From the NCBI GenBank assembly GCA_950097015.1, contig CATNEN010000008.1, positions 248,001-312,000 of the forward strand: a DNA stretch of 64,000 nt, read 5' to 3'. The notes beneath the pieces are model-generated. The model saw only the letters and a list, made by a program, of their open reading frames with translations. It searched no databases and had not been told where the DNA came from. This stretch comes from Macrostomum hystrix. Taxonomy: Eukaryota; Animalia; Platyhelminthes. The position numbers were made by a program, and so were the translations under genes. Positions 23,961 through 36,943 of the stretch are shown here, piece after piece. Each line of letters begins with the position of its first letter. Within the stretch, counting starts at the first letter, position 1.

Positions 23961-25920
23961 CTCTTTCCCTCTCTTTCCCTGTCCATTGTCTCCGTCCATT
24001 GTCTATTAGTCCCAGCCAATTTATCTGTTTTATTTAGTTGATTGTGGCTAAATTACCGTTCCATCTCCACCATGGCCGTGTCTGTTATGTTCAGTATCTG
24101 TTATCATTTTTTTAATGTATGCAAAATCTTTTAATCATAAATCTTTACTGAATTCGACGATAGCGTGTTCTCACTGCAGTCTTATTTAGCTATAATTTCT
24201 GTTCCACTTTGTATTCAACAGCCTCATCAATGTATCGGATCATTGTGAGACAGCGACTGTTAGCTTGGTTAATCTCGCCGCTGACCTCATGTTTAAAAGG
24301 AAATTTTTATTAGGAAAAAAACGGTCCATGTTAGCTAATCTGTTATTTAATTCTGCTTTTGTAATTTTCTCCTTATCTGCTAGTCTGAGTCCAATTGGCT
24401 GCACTGCTCACTTTCTATATTGCACTTTGTTTCCATCCCTCCCAGTGGTAACAATATCGCGTTTTCAATTAACAATACTAATAAATAAATTCAAATTAGT
24501 TCTCTGCTGCATCTCATTCTGTTTGTAATTTATTAAAAACTTTTTCTACGAAATTAAGTAATTTAAATTGGCGCCGAAATAGTATAACGAAAACTCGCAT
24601 TTTCCTATTTAAAATGGAAAAAGCTGTGAGGCTAGTTTTTTCAGCTTGGTTTTCAAGTAACAGCCTCGAAAATTATATATAATATTTGTTATAAACTTTG
24701 GCGCGAATTTAAAATTTGATTGCTATCCATAATAGCTTTTCTGTTTGATCCTGTTACACCAAAGTGTATCGATGCTTTAGCTTAACTATCATCATTTTAT
24801 ACAAATTAAAAAACCTTTTACATTTGAGATGTTTTTTATTATACGAAAAATTGCTTATGAATTCGACTGAAATGTTTTTGTTTTAACCATTCAATCAACT
24901 GACAACAACCAATTCTGTTATTCTCTTTGGCTGTCACGCATATTTATACGATGTCCATTGCGTCTGAGCACTTCAATAGTACATTAGGGCATCCTGTGCC
25001 TTACATGATCCCCTCTATGCGTATTTCTCCTGCTTTTATAACATTTTTTCTGTCTTATCTTTAAATTTTTTGTGTCGCTCCTGTCTCTCCTTACTAAAGC
25101 AGCTATTAGTTTCTGTATTGTGGAGTCTGAAATTTAATGTACATAATTTCATGCATATTATACATACATTCTGTGTGTACACCTTGTGTCTGTCTATATT
25201 GTCTGTAGCTATCATACGTTTACATTATTGCGTCTGTCATAGCTTTATGATCGACTCATATCCAAATCTCTTTTTGTTTCAGTAGAAAAACTATTAAATG
25301 AAAGTTACATGTCCCGCACATCCTACTAGAAAGTAGTGTTATTGTCTATACTTGTTCATTGTTGAATTTACTTAACTCTGTTTATATTTAATTTAACTAA
25401 TACCGTGTTTCATTTCATTTCTTCTTTGTTTTCAATTCAAATCACAATAAGTTGGCGTTATTAAAACCAATTTTAGTCGTACTCTCTCGTTCATTGTTGA
25501 GCTGAAAATCTTGAGTTCTTGTGTGTTTTTAGATGCATCTGCCGCTTAATCTAGTCTGAATTTCTCTCTCGGTTTTTCCCCATTTTTATTGGCGATCCCA
25601 AAGTGAACCGCTCCCTAAAGAATGTTTTTATTGACAACTAATTTATTTGCGCTTAACAATTCGTTTATGAAACTTTGATTCAGAAACTTTGCTTTTGTGT
25701 AAAGTAATTTTCTCCTAACTATAAACATGTCATATAGTTCCAGTTTATTAACGCGAAATTAATAAAATGTTCATCAACCAATTATAAGTAGCTTATTAAG
25801 ACTCCCTGCCAGTTGTGTTATGACACAATTTTATATAGTTAGTTGCTGCTATAATGAAAGTTTTCTTTTTTTAGGCTCTTTTATTTTCGTCAAACACTGA
25901 GCCCATTATTTGTGAATTCT

Positions 25921-26563
25921 AGTCCAGATTCATAACATAATCTGACATTCAAGTCCATATTCATAACATAATCTGACATTCAAGTCCAGATTCATAACAT
26001 AATCTGACATTCAAGTCCAGATTCATAACATAATCTGTACATTCAAGTCAAGATTCATAACATAATCTGACATTCAAGTCAATATTCATAACATAATCTG
26101 ACATTCAAGTCCAGATTCATAACATAATCTGACATTCAAGTCAAGATTCATAACATAATCTGACATTCAAGTCAATATTCATAACATAATCTGACATTCA
26201 AGTCAATATTCATAACATAATCTGACATTCAAGTCCAGATTCATAACATAATCTGACATTCAAGTCAAGATTCATAACATAATCTGACATTCAAGTCAAT
26301 ATTCATAACATAATCTGACATTCAAGTCCAGATTCATAACATAATCTGACATTCAAGTCCATATTCATAACATAATCTGACATTCAAGTCCATATTCATA
26401 ACATAATCTGACATTCAAGTCCATATTCATAACATAATCTGACATTCAAGTCCAGATTCATAACATAATCTGACATTCAAGTCCAGATTCATAACATAAT
26501 CTTACATTCAAGTCCAGATTCATAACATAATCTGTACATTCAAGTCAAGATTCATAACATAAT
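25921..26563. repeat. 31-bp minisatellite (attcataacataatctgacattcaagtccag), about 21 copies
   Basis: Direct inspection. Confidence 0.95.
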
Positions 26564-26956
26564 CGGTATATTCTATTTGTCTTAAAAGAAAGCAAAAGTA
26601 CGAAAGCCTAAAAGAAAACAAAATCATAATAACCCTATAAAAGTAAAATTTCTTTAAAAATATGAAAACATACTTGGTTGGAACTTGTTTTACCATAGAC
26701 TACGAAAATTCGATACGAAATTTCATTCATTGATATCCAGAAAAGGGACATGTTTCTGACATGTCTATTAATGACAACAGTTTCTCCTGTGAGTTAAAGA
26801 TGGGACTAGTGCGTGTTTAGTCTATGGCACAGACTCATAAGTTCTCAGCTAGCAGCGGCAAGAGAACAGTACCGTTGGATGCTGGCCGAGCTGTTGGATA
26901 ATTAGCAATTCTGAGCTAGTTAAGCCGTGTGAAGGAGCCCTATCTGTCAAGATCCA

Positions 26957-27351
26957 TGAGCAGCCAGTGCAAAAGCTTCAAACTGTTCAGCAGCTGCAGA
27001 ATGAAATGCAACAGTGAAATGCCCAGCGAAAGCCAAGAAGTATGTGGCAACAACAACAGCACTGACGGCAGCGGCGGCGGTGGCGCCGGCGGCAGCGGAG
27101 AGGAACGCCGACCATCCGTCGACCTGAGCGCCCTGGAGCGGAAAGCTGTCACGGGCGGCATCACCCGCTTCCACTGCCGATACTTCTTGCGTCAGCGGCA
27201 CGACGATTCCGAGAAGCAGCGGCCGCAGGTCCAGCAGGACATCGAGGAGGAAGCTGGCAAGCAGGAGGAGGAGGAGGAAGAGACTGAAAAGGCTCCAGTC
27301 GCGCATAGCAACTGCCTGCGAAATCTGAAATCGGCTACAAAGAAGAATTGA
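26957..27351 (+). CDS. Possible small orphan protein or isolated exon (low-complexity G/E-rich)
   Basis: GC-rich open frame with exon-like composition in AT-rich flanks; no recognisable domain. Confidence 0.3.
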
Positions 27352-27573
27352 CCATCTGGCACTGACAGGTAAAGCTTGCGAGTGCCTGCACCACTATATT
27401 TCAGTTTTCAGTTCGCCAGCTGGCAATGTGCACAGAGACTGATTTTTCGCTATTCGGATTATTTCACTAGCAGGCAACTGCGGGGCTGTTTCAACAGATC
27501 AAATACAACTAGAACAGCATTAAACTGCCGCCTGTGCAACTGTGGTTTTGTTGAAGTCTTTGTTCTTTGTATC

Positions 27574-27840
<267 letters not shown>

Positions 27841-28382
27841 AAATAGATATGCATTAAGGAAGTCAAAGTCTGTGAAGATGCAGAATGCATTAACGCAATG
27901 TACAGATCGCATTTCGAAGGAGCGCTAATGCTTTTCAGCTTTAGTAACAAATTTGGCTTTGATTTCAAAGTCTAAGTTCAATACTTGCTCAATTTAATAA
28001 TGACAATAAAATAAATAAAAGTATTCAAATACCCTAATTTATTTCGCAAGGCAGTCAGAAAATTCTTAGTAATAAATAATTAGGGAAAATGTATAGAAAA
28101 AGTCTTGAAAGCTGTCTTGTAAATTAAGTTAAGGAAAGCTTTTCAAGTGGTAAAATTGTCAGTCTAGAACAAAGACAAATATTTTCTCAGCGCAACAAGC
28201 AATAAGCTGAGGCCGGAATGCAGAAGACGAAAATTAAGAAAGATGTCGAAAATTTCGCGACATACAAAATAGCAAGCTAAAAATTAGATTACAACAGAAT
28301 ATATTTAGCATCGCCTTGAAGATTCAACACAATAACTGCCGCAGTCGTAAGTAATGTCCTCTAGAAGTTCAAATCAATCACG

Positions 28383-30893
28383 TCAGCGTCGGGAGCCAGT
28401 CTTGATGTAGGATATGGTTGTCGGCAGGTGCAGCTCCTCGAAGGTGCACAAAAATGCGTCAGCGCTCTGCAATAGTTTAAGCCAGAAACATTTATAGCCG
28501 CTGAGGCTTCACCTTCTACTATAAGTAGTCTGTAACGCAATGCATCAGGCGCGAATTTTGTCACCTTCTCGTCCGGCAGGCAGGGTCCCAAAGCCTGCAG
28601 CAGCAGCGGCTCCTCAGCCACCATGGCTTTGAACTGGGAGTAGTCTATGGCACCCTTCTTCTGTGTGTCCTGCAAGGTTCGATTGGGATCAATTGATCGA
28701 TCTCTATTGCCTGTCGCTAGAGTTTTATTGGGGTAAATTAACTCACAAATTTCTTGAAGACAATTTCTACTAGATCTCGGACACCTTCGTCTGGGTCCTC
28801 TTCAACGGGTTGCTGCAGTGTCGGTGGGTGTTTCAATTATATATTAAGAATATTGGCAGGAGGGCTGTTGGCCCTGGAAAATCATTTGGTGACACTAGAC
28901 CCGCAGCCAGCGAGGAGGCAATTCTGCTCATTTCACTGACTCCTGAGCACATACTCACACAGAGTGCCCTGACTTTCTCATCGTCAGGTAGTGTACACTC
29001 TCACTGTGCTTTGGGCCCTCAGAGGTTGTAGCCTAGTGGTTAGAGCGTCGGACTCACGACTTGAAGGTCGGGGGTTCGATTCCCGACTTCCACTAGAACA
29101 ATTTGTGTCCTTTAGCAAGACACTTAACTCTGCATTGCTTCAGTTCACCCAGCTGTTAAATGGGTACCAGCATCAGCTGGGATAATTGAAGGTGGGTGTG
29201 GCGTCCCCCCAGTCCATGGACTGAAATGCCGTACGCAGCCTTCAGATGCGCCGCGCAATAGCTGCGGCTGTGCTGTTGGCTGCACATCTGGCCTAATTGG
29301 GGCAGGTGTAATCAATTATTTTTAATATTATTACTACTTGGGCTTTCACGACACGCCCGCAAGCCTTCTCTACGCGGAATCGAGCTCATGGACCTTCATG
29401 CGAGAGGCAAACGTGCTAGATCGCTCTGCCACTTAACCCATTGTGGTGTGCTCCTGGGCTACGCTGAAGTACGCAAACTTCAAACATACAGTTTAAAATC
29501 GATAAATAACTGACCTTGATGAGGGTGGCCTTCAGTAACTGGAAGATCTCTTCTCGGCTAATTACTCCATTCGAGTTCAGATCGTAGGCTCGAAAGGCGA
29601 CTGAAATTTGACAGCAGCGTCTGACCTATTTATTTACTGACCTAAATATCGTGATCGTCTCTCTGATTTTGCAGATGCAAAGTGAATTCTCAAACAGACT
29701 CTTACACTGGGTCTTCTCATCCAGGGTGCCTCGTAGGAAGGTTGACATGCCCTTCAGCCACTCCTCCTGGCTGATGTTGGAATCGAAGTCAGTGTCGAAA
29801 GCGCGGAAGACTGCGAAATTTTAGGTCGCATGCTTTTTATGCCTAATGATAAATAATAGAATTCTCAGTCGCCAAAAGAGCAGTCGATTTACCATGATCG
29901 ATCATCATCGCGTCCGTCATGCCGAATGAGCAGTGCAGAATGTCCTTGAACTTGTTTCTGTCCAGCTTAACATCGTCGCCGCCGGCCAGTTCCCGGTACA
30001 TGTGCAGCAGGTGCTCGCATTCCTTCTTGGTGACTGAGGAGTTAAAATGATGAAGAATATAACTGAACGATGATAATTTATTTTGAGGTTTGATTATATT
30101 TCCCTACTTCAATTTATACTATACAAAATTATCTTACACAGACAAACAGAAATTAGAACATATTACTTGCATCACCATTTAGTATATATAAGTATACATT
30201 TTAAGTATATTACTATTGCTGGTTTTGTCATCAAACAGATATGAAAATAAATAACTTAATAAGTTTTCATTCAACTATAGCCAGATTTTAGTAAAATTTT
30301 GACCTGTTAAGATAATATAAATTGTTAAGCTTTGTGATTGTTATACATATATTGTATGTTTTAATATTAACTAAAGTATGAACGTTTGGTGTAGTTTGAT
30401 CATTCAATTATAAATAGTAGATGCATTTATTCGCTCATTGGAATTCAAACTGTATGGTTTGAAAATTTCTTGTTCTATGTAAAAATAATTAGTTTTTAAT
30501 GTCCATGAGCTTTAGACTCTCAAAAGAGGTACAATAAGCATTAGATATCAACCGTGGGATCACATTAAATTTATTTTTATTTTATGTCTTATGTAAAATA
30601 TGAACAAAGTCGGTGGGCCACTTGAACCAATTTACTTTAACACTTCCTGAATACGAAAATAGTATAAATAAAAAGTACGACAATGTGTTAAGTAAATAAA
30701 ATGTCCTTTCTTGCTTCTTTCTATGCACAATAATTAATTGTTCTTTTTGTATCATCTTGGCTTAGCTATTTACTTATTTACTTCAAATTCAAATGGTTTC
30801 TTTTCAAACCAAAACAGTAAAAAACTTACAATTGGTTTGCTTGTGCAATGTTTCAGCCAACTTTGAAATAGCTGTCTTTGCCGAAACGTCCAT
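28383..30893 (-). CDS. EFCAB1: Calaxin / EFCAB1 EF-hand Ca2+ sensor, 216 aa; exons 30893-30830, 30033-29893, 29810-29706, 29600-29515, 28812-28747, 28669-28565, 28466-28383
   Basis: Manual splicing gives [31 protein letters not shown]...[30 protein letters not shown]...[29 protein letters not shown]...[15 protein letters not shown]...[15 protein letters not shown]. All introns are GT-AG and the CDS totals 651 nt in frame. Confidence 0.93.
28850..29433 (-). mobile_element. SINE family A (tRNA head at 29433) interrupted by a family B SINE, in EFCAB1 intron 4
   Basis: The minus strand begins agtggcagagcgatctagc...gagctcgattcc (A/B-box-like); the 3' body resumes at 29020-28850. Confidence 0.65.
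29023..29338 (+). mobile_element. tRNA-derived CORE-like SINE (family B)
   Basis: A box gtagcctagtggttagagc and B box ggttcgattccc. The segment tgtgtcctttagcaagacacttaactct...cagttcacccagctgttaaatggg aligns with the MIR/CORE domain. A second copy lies at 16600-16878. Confidence 0.75.
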
Positions 30894-32060
30894 GTTGATC
30901 GATTCGGATCTTTTTTGCTGCTGAAAAATTATTGACAAATTTGGGAAACTGAAAGATGTTTAATTTTCATAGCGAAGCAAATGCTATAGTTGCAACGATT
31001 TTAACAAATCAAATTAACCTCATTTATGTCACAAACGAATGCAGTAATTATATAAACGCAGTAATAAATTTTATGTGCTTTACTATTATTACTATTATTA
31101 TTATTATTATTTTACTATTACCTTGTAATTTACTAATTTGCGTTTAAAGGCTTTAATAAGCTGCTTTTGTGTTAACTCCGGTTAAAGTAAATCCACCGAT
31201 GCAGCACACATTGCGTGCCACCACAATAAAGAAAGTTTAGAGAAACAATCCTCGGAGCATTGCACTTCGATAATATACGCTGCAAAACTGTGAGTCATGG
31301 TCACGACAGACAGGCTAATGGAGCGGATTGCTATACAAGGGCTGCATGCTACTCTCGACTAGATTATCGGAAGTTTTCCAAATAGGGGCCCTTAAAAGTA
31401 TTGCCTCCAGCTGAAACTTTTTGATCGCATATTCAATCTAGTTAGATCTAGAGTGTCAGTTGCGTATAATTTTCAGTGGCTTCACTACTTTTGCCCTGCT
31501 TCTTTCACTCATCGCTCCGCAACTAGCTGACTGTGTGAGAATACGACAGGTGCGGATTTGGAATCCTATGCGATTCGATAGTATACCTACTGAATACAAG
31601 GCATCTAATGCTTCAGGAGAAGGATTATAAGTAAAGCATATCTGTAAAAATCTATTTTGAATCGGTAAAAATCGTATGCTAAGTTGGCCCTGATGCGATA
31701 CTCTAAAACACTACAATGCTTGATTGACACTAACCTTAGAGTGGCGGTAAAGTCTTGATTGGAACGATCGTCCGCGATCGAAGCAAAACTGGTAGATTGT
31801 CACAGGCTTAGATAATGATCGTCATTCATTCTACGAGCTACAGACTGATCGAGGATCCGTGCTTATTGTAAGCATAGTCTCATTCATTCTTTCTTAGGGT
31901 ACAAAATAAGCACTGCGGTAACGAAAAAACCTTTTAAATATAATATTTATGCGAAAAATCAAGAAACAGCTGTGCTCCAGCATAGCCACCTGCCGCATTT
32001 CTTAACGCCTACATCAAAATAATTATCAATGAATGAGAATCACGCCTTTTAGTACTGTGC

Positions 32061-32582
32061 CTATAAAACATCCTTGCGAGACTTCATAGGTGGCAGCCTT
32101 AAGTAATTTAGCTGTGACAAAATATCTATAGCGGTACTTGACAGTCTTGTACAATGAGCCCAGTAGACCTTGATGAACTTCTCCCAGACGCCGCTCATCT
32201 CGATGGCGTCGCCCACGCTGGCATCGGCGAAGTCCAGCATGCTGCAGCGAGCCTCGGCCCGGTTGAACAGAGCCGCCCGGCACTCCCAGCGGGCAGCGCA
32301 CAGGCGAACGCAGAGCAGCCTTCGCTGCACCGACTGCAGCTCCGTGTTGCAGTAGTAGGGCGTGATCTCGACCAGCTGCAAGAAGCTGGCTCTACGAAAG
32401 GGGCCGCTGTTCGGCGTCGTCACGGGCTGGCAGACGAAGCCGAACAAAAAGTCCGAGCGGAACTCGCAGAGTCTGCCGGTTTCCAGGCCCAGCATGTCGT
32501 CTGAGCTGTCCATGCTGTTGGGTGCGTCTGGCCTCGAATCCTTGCTCGGTACAATGAACTCGCAAAAAGTCCTTGCGACCAA
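32061..32582 (-). pseudogene. CTLD-PAN family copy 1: orphan exon 2, degraded 5' end, stop lost (TGA>TGG at 32160-32162)
   Basis: PAN block FVCQPVTTPNSGPFRRASFLQ...WEKFIKVY reads through; no exon 1 lies between it and copy 2. Confidence 0.75.
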
Positions 32583-34564
32583 TGCGTGTGTATTTTCTGT
32601 ATATAGCAGTCTCAGGATTTTTTATTTTAAAGCTAAACATGCATATTGAAAGAAAGTAACAATCACTGACGCGTGACACGATATAATTGTATTGTTTGAA
32701 ATGGGTCGAGGGAGGAAGGCGAGCCAATTTTCAGAAGCGGGTGTATGTATTAGAGAATTTTTCAGTGCTTACTTATACCCTCCTGATGAATCTTTATGAA
32801 GTGCCTACTGCAGTTGTGGAATACAGCTTCAAACAAGTTGCGTCTCATTTTCAGCGGCTTCACTAGTCTTATCCTGCTGCCTCCACTCAAATCTACCGCA
32901 CCTGACTGTGAGAATGCACGACAGATGCGGCTGCGGAATGCACGCAATTAGATAGTATACCTACTGAATGTATCTAATGCTTCTGGAGCATGTCTCTCAG
33001 TGAGGCATATCAGCCAAAATCGATGCAGTACAACCAAAATTGGCCCAGATGCGAATTTTCTACAGAAAAAAACTCAAAAATACTGCTCTGGTAGATTGTC
33101 ACAGGGGTTTTAAGCTTAGAAAATGATCGTCAGAAACTCTTACTAAATCTGACATCCACCTATACTAAATCTCTAATCACTATTGTTGTCTTTGTCTTTG
33201 TCTAAAATCCTGTGACACTCGCGTTGTCAATTTGGCTGCCCAGGTTGTTTATTAAGCAACACCCCTGAGCAACGCCTTGATCAACTATAGGTAGACATGG
33301 ATAAGGACGTAGACATTCGTATGAGGACGAGGACGATAAGGACGAGTAAGGACTCGTATATATGGACTCTCCTAGTGTCACAGACAAAATTGTAGAGTGG
33401 TAAAATAAAATATTAGTCAAGATTAAAACAATGAAGGATTGAAAGCTTCACCGTCAGGTGCAACTGTTAACGTATCATTAATATCACGCGGGTTCTCAAC
33501 TGAAATTATCTGCCTCTAGAAAGTCAGGATTGATTAACTGCATCTGAACTTGACTTTCTAAGTGATCTGAGTTCAACGAATCATAGCATGGCACGGATTC
33601 CAACTTACAATTCTTAATTAACTGCCTTTCAAATTCGGACGATCCTGAGGATGCCGTTTGCAAGCGATGCTTAAAGTGACCTAAAATGTAGAATATTCAG
33701 CATCTTCTTAGTTTATTTGTTTCATTTCTTAGACAACTTTTTTATTAATTGGACGGCAATTTATGATTCCTGTCAATGAAATTCTACATTCTAATGGGCT
33801 ATCTGGGCTATCTGGGCTTTTAAGTATCGATGTTGAACACTGACAACAATACCTACCCAATTTTATCGACGTTGCGTAGCATAAAATCCCTACCAAGAGC
33901 CACAAGAGAGCAGATGTTTATTTACGGACAACAGTTTCTAGATTCGTGACGCAATATTTTGGGTTCTTTCTGAGCGACAAAGTGCGACTTATATTAGAAA
34001 CACAATCCCTTCGATCCCTTCCCTTTTTCCATATTGCTTTTTGCTACCAGCATGCATTTTCTAGAACTGTTTCGAATGCGACCAAATTATCATATGCAGT
34101 TTTTTCGTTCCGTAATCATTTTATTATGAACTGCAATACACCAGGCTAGGATTTATGACAATGAAAAAATAATCAAAACAAAGGCAATAAATTACTTGTA
34201 GTTGTTAATCACATACAAAATATATTAAACTCTTGTCGTAGAACTCTGATGCAAGTACTCAGTGTACAAGATCAGTTATTACAGAAGTTGTAACAAAGAG
34301 TGGTCCAATTAAAAAAATAATGCAAACAAGGAGAAAAAGCAACCTCAAGATTGCTTAGGATTGCTCAGAATTGAGATCTGTTTTATTTCTTAACGCCGAC
34401 TAAATCAAGTAAAGTATGAATGAGAATCACGCGCTATGGTTCCATATCTGACATCCTTCCGAAAGTTCATAGGTTAGGATAGGCGTTAAGTTAGTAAGCG
34501 GCGATAAATATTGCAGGATAGCTCTGCATCAGTGAGCGGTATTTGACCGTAATGTAAAATGAGC

Positions 34565-35527
34565 TCAGTAGACCTTGACGAACTTCTCCCAGCTGCCGCT
34601 CTTCTCGATGGCGTCGCCGACGCTGGCATCGGCGAAGTCCAGCATGCGGCAGCGAGCCTCGGCCCGGTTGAACAGAGCCGCCCGGCACTCCCAGCGGGCA
34701 GCGCACAGGCGAACGCAGAGCAGCTTGGGCTGCACCGACTGCAGCTCCGTGTAGCAGTAGTAGGGCGTGATGTCGCCCAGCTGCAGGAAGCTGGCTCGAC
34801 GGAAGGTGCCGCTGTTCGGCGTCGCCACAGGCTGGCAGACGAAGCCGACCAATGAGAGAAATCGCAAATCGTTCAAACCGCCCCCTTGAAGAGCTAGCAG
34901 GTCTTCCGAGCTGTCCAAGTTGTTTGGTCTGTTCGTCCACCAGTCCGAGTCAAAGACAACCAACCTGCTGCCGTTGGCCATTTGCCAGCCGACTCTGAGC
35001 AGAGGAAATAATTTGTTACTGCGAGTTAGAGCTGGACAAAAGTGTGCGTTCTCATATGCTTTTCAAGAATTTCGATGTACCCTTCGCTTAAACATACTTT
35101 ATCTGTTGGTGTCACTGTCTGCGTTCATAGCGACACTCGAATTTGTCAACGTACGAACGAAGCTTCTGTTTTCCCAGATTGAAATTGTGTCAGAGCGCAG
35201 CAAAAGTCAATCGTTTAATCATCACAATTTCCAGAAGGCTAACCTGCTGCTGCTCCGCTCCTCCAGCATGTCGGTGACGCCGACCCACAGAATCAGCGTT
35301 GTGTTAGAGAAGGACGCTGCAGCCCGAATGGCGGCCGGCTCCATCACCAGCTCGCCGCGAGCCTCCAGGCACAGACGGGCTGCCTGGCACCAGTTGACTG
35401 TGGCTGTGGTGTTCACGAGCAGGCAGAAGCCGGACACGGACTGGAAGGGCGGCTGGCAGGACTGCAGGCTGTGCGGACAGGCGAGGAGGCTCAGCACCCC
35501 CAGGAGGACCGTGATAGTCGTCGACAT
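34565..35527 (-). CDS. Secreted C-type-lectin + PAN/Apple protein, copy 2, intact, 237 aa; exons 35527-35244, 34994-34565
   Basis: Hydrophobic signal peptide, CQPPFQSVSGFC/WCQAARLC/LWVG/GW/W..NRPNN/FVC CTLD motifs, then a C-x3-C-x5-C PAN pattern. Phase-2 GT-AG intron; 714 nt CDS. Confidence 0.85.
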
Positions 35528-35560
35528 CTCGACAAAGACACGGGGAGTGCCCGCGCAACG

Positions 35561-35782
35561 CTCAGGCTATTTGTCCACCGTCACTCTTCTCGCCTCGCTC
35601 AGGCTATTTGTCTACCGTCACTCTTCTCGCCTCGCTCAGGCTATTTGTCCACCGTCACTCTTCTCGCCTCGCTCAGGCTATTTGTCCACCGTCACTCTTC
35701 TCGCCTCGCTCAGGCTATTTGTCTACCGTCACTCTTCTCGCCTCGCTCAGGCTATTTGTCCACCGTCAATCTTCTCGCCTCG
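35561..35782. repeat. 37-bp tandem repeat x6 immediately upstream of the copy 2 ATG
   Basis: Unit ctcaggctatttgtc(c/t)accgtcactcttctcgcctcg. Confidence 0.95.
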
Positions 35783-35986
35783 CTCGTGTTATTTATCAGA
35801 ATCAAAACTGCCTAGCGTCGTCAAGGCAACAGACAGACGCTGAGCGTGAATTTTCATTTGGTTCTTTTCTATTGGCTCATTTTGATGCCAAATAAAATGA
35901 CACCATTCATTGCTCTAAGCAAATTTGTCGAGAAGACGACGAATTTGGGCAAACAACTTTTTCATAAAATGCATTACTAATCATAC

Positions 35987-36170
35987 TACGAGGGGTGTCA
36001 GGAAAGTTCTGATACGTTTTCTGGAGGATGACAATCGTTTCTCGGTTTCAGATATGGCTGACATGCTGCAGATTCCAAGGTCTACGATCTACGATTGCGT
36101 GGCGAGCATGGACCTTGTGACGCTGAGTACTCGCTGAGTCCCAAGGCTGCTCACTACGGAGCTGATTTGT
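35987..36170 (+). mobile_element. Mariner-type transposon relic (TIR + internally deleted transposase fragment)
   Basis: TA-CGAGGGGTGTCAGGAAAG TIR-like start, then FLEDDNRFSVSDMADMLQIPRSTIY...STR*VPRLLT (HTH and WVPxxL motif with W>stop). Confidence 0.65.
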
Positions 36171-36943
36171 CAAGCGTAGTGCAGTTGAGTGATTTAGGAA
36201 CGTGGCCTATTGGGCCGTATATTTGAGTACTTTTATAGTCGCACCCACACAGTGGCGGGCTGTGGATGAGCGGGCCGGCCGTCCAGAATCGCATTTTTCT
36301 GGCTGCGAGTCTACTGTCAGTGATATCAGTGACTCACACATATATAATCACACTTGGTCGTGAATCCATGAAATCCATGAAAAGTCGGAACGAAAAACAC
36401 TGCTATGCAAGTCCTCATTTACAGCTAATTACTAATTCATCAAATCAGAATCAATAAGATTAGGAAATCAGTGGACCTTGATGATGACACAAATATATAA
36501 GAGGCTAGAATTCAATGGGCGGACCAATTAGAACGCGACGGATCAAGGGCAGATGTTAGAAAGAGCCTATTGGAATAGCAAGTCGCTCAATGATCGAATC
36601 AACTTAGTTGGTAAAAGTTGTTATGGAAAGAGGTGTTTAAACTCGTTGTTGTCATTTCAAAATCTTCAAGGAAACACGCAGTAAATAGTTATTACTACTC
36701 ATACTAAGTTGTATTGTATGGCCAATGCCTTCAAGACGAGCGTTTCATTGCTGTTTACTGGCGGTTGGACTGAAAAATATTTGACTAACTGCTCACAATT
36801 ATTTGGAAAAATTTTCCAGGAAATATTCTTCCTCTGTCTCCAGTTCAGGGGCATCAAGACCAGTTTAATATCCTCAGTCGAAGGCAATGATAGATTGTAT
36901 GGTATGTGGCTGAGTGGAATAATGGCCAAATCACGAGTGTGCT

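Noticed and set aside
29023-29100. Genuine tRNA gene
   Set aside because: The acceptor stem does not close cleanly, the sequence runs into a shared SINE body, and a second diverged copy exists.
31265-31370. Possible RTE-like RT relic (CESW motif)
   Set aside because: Too short and degenerate to support.
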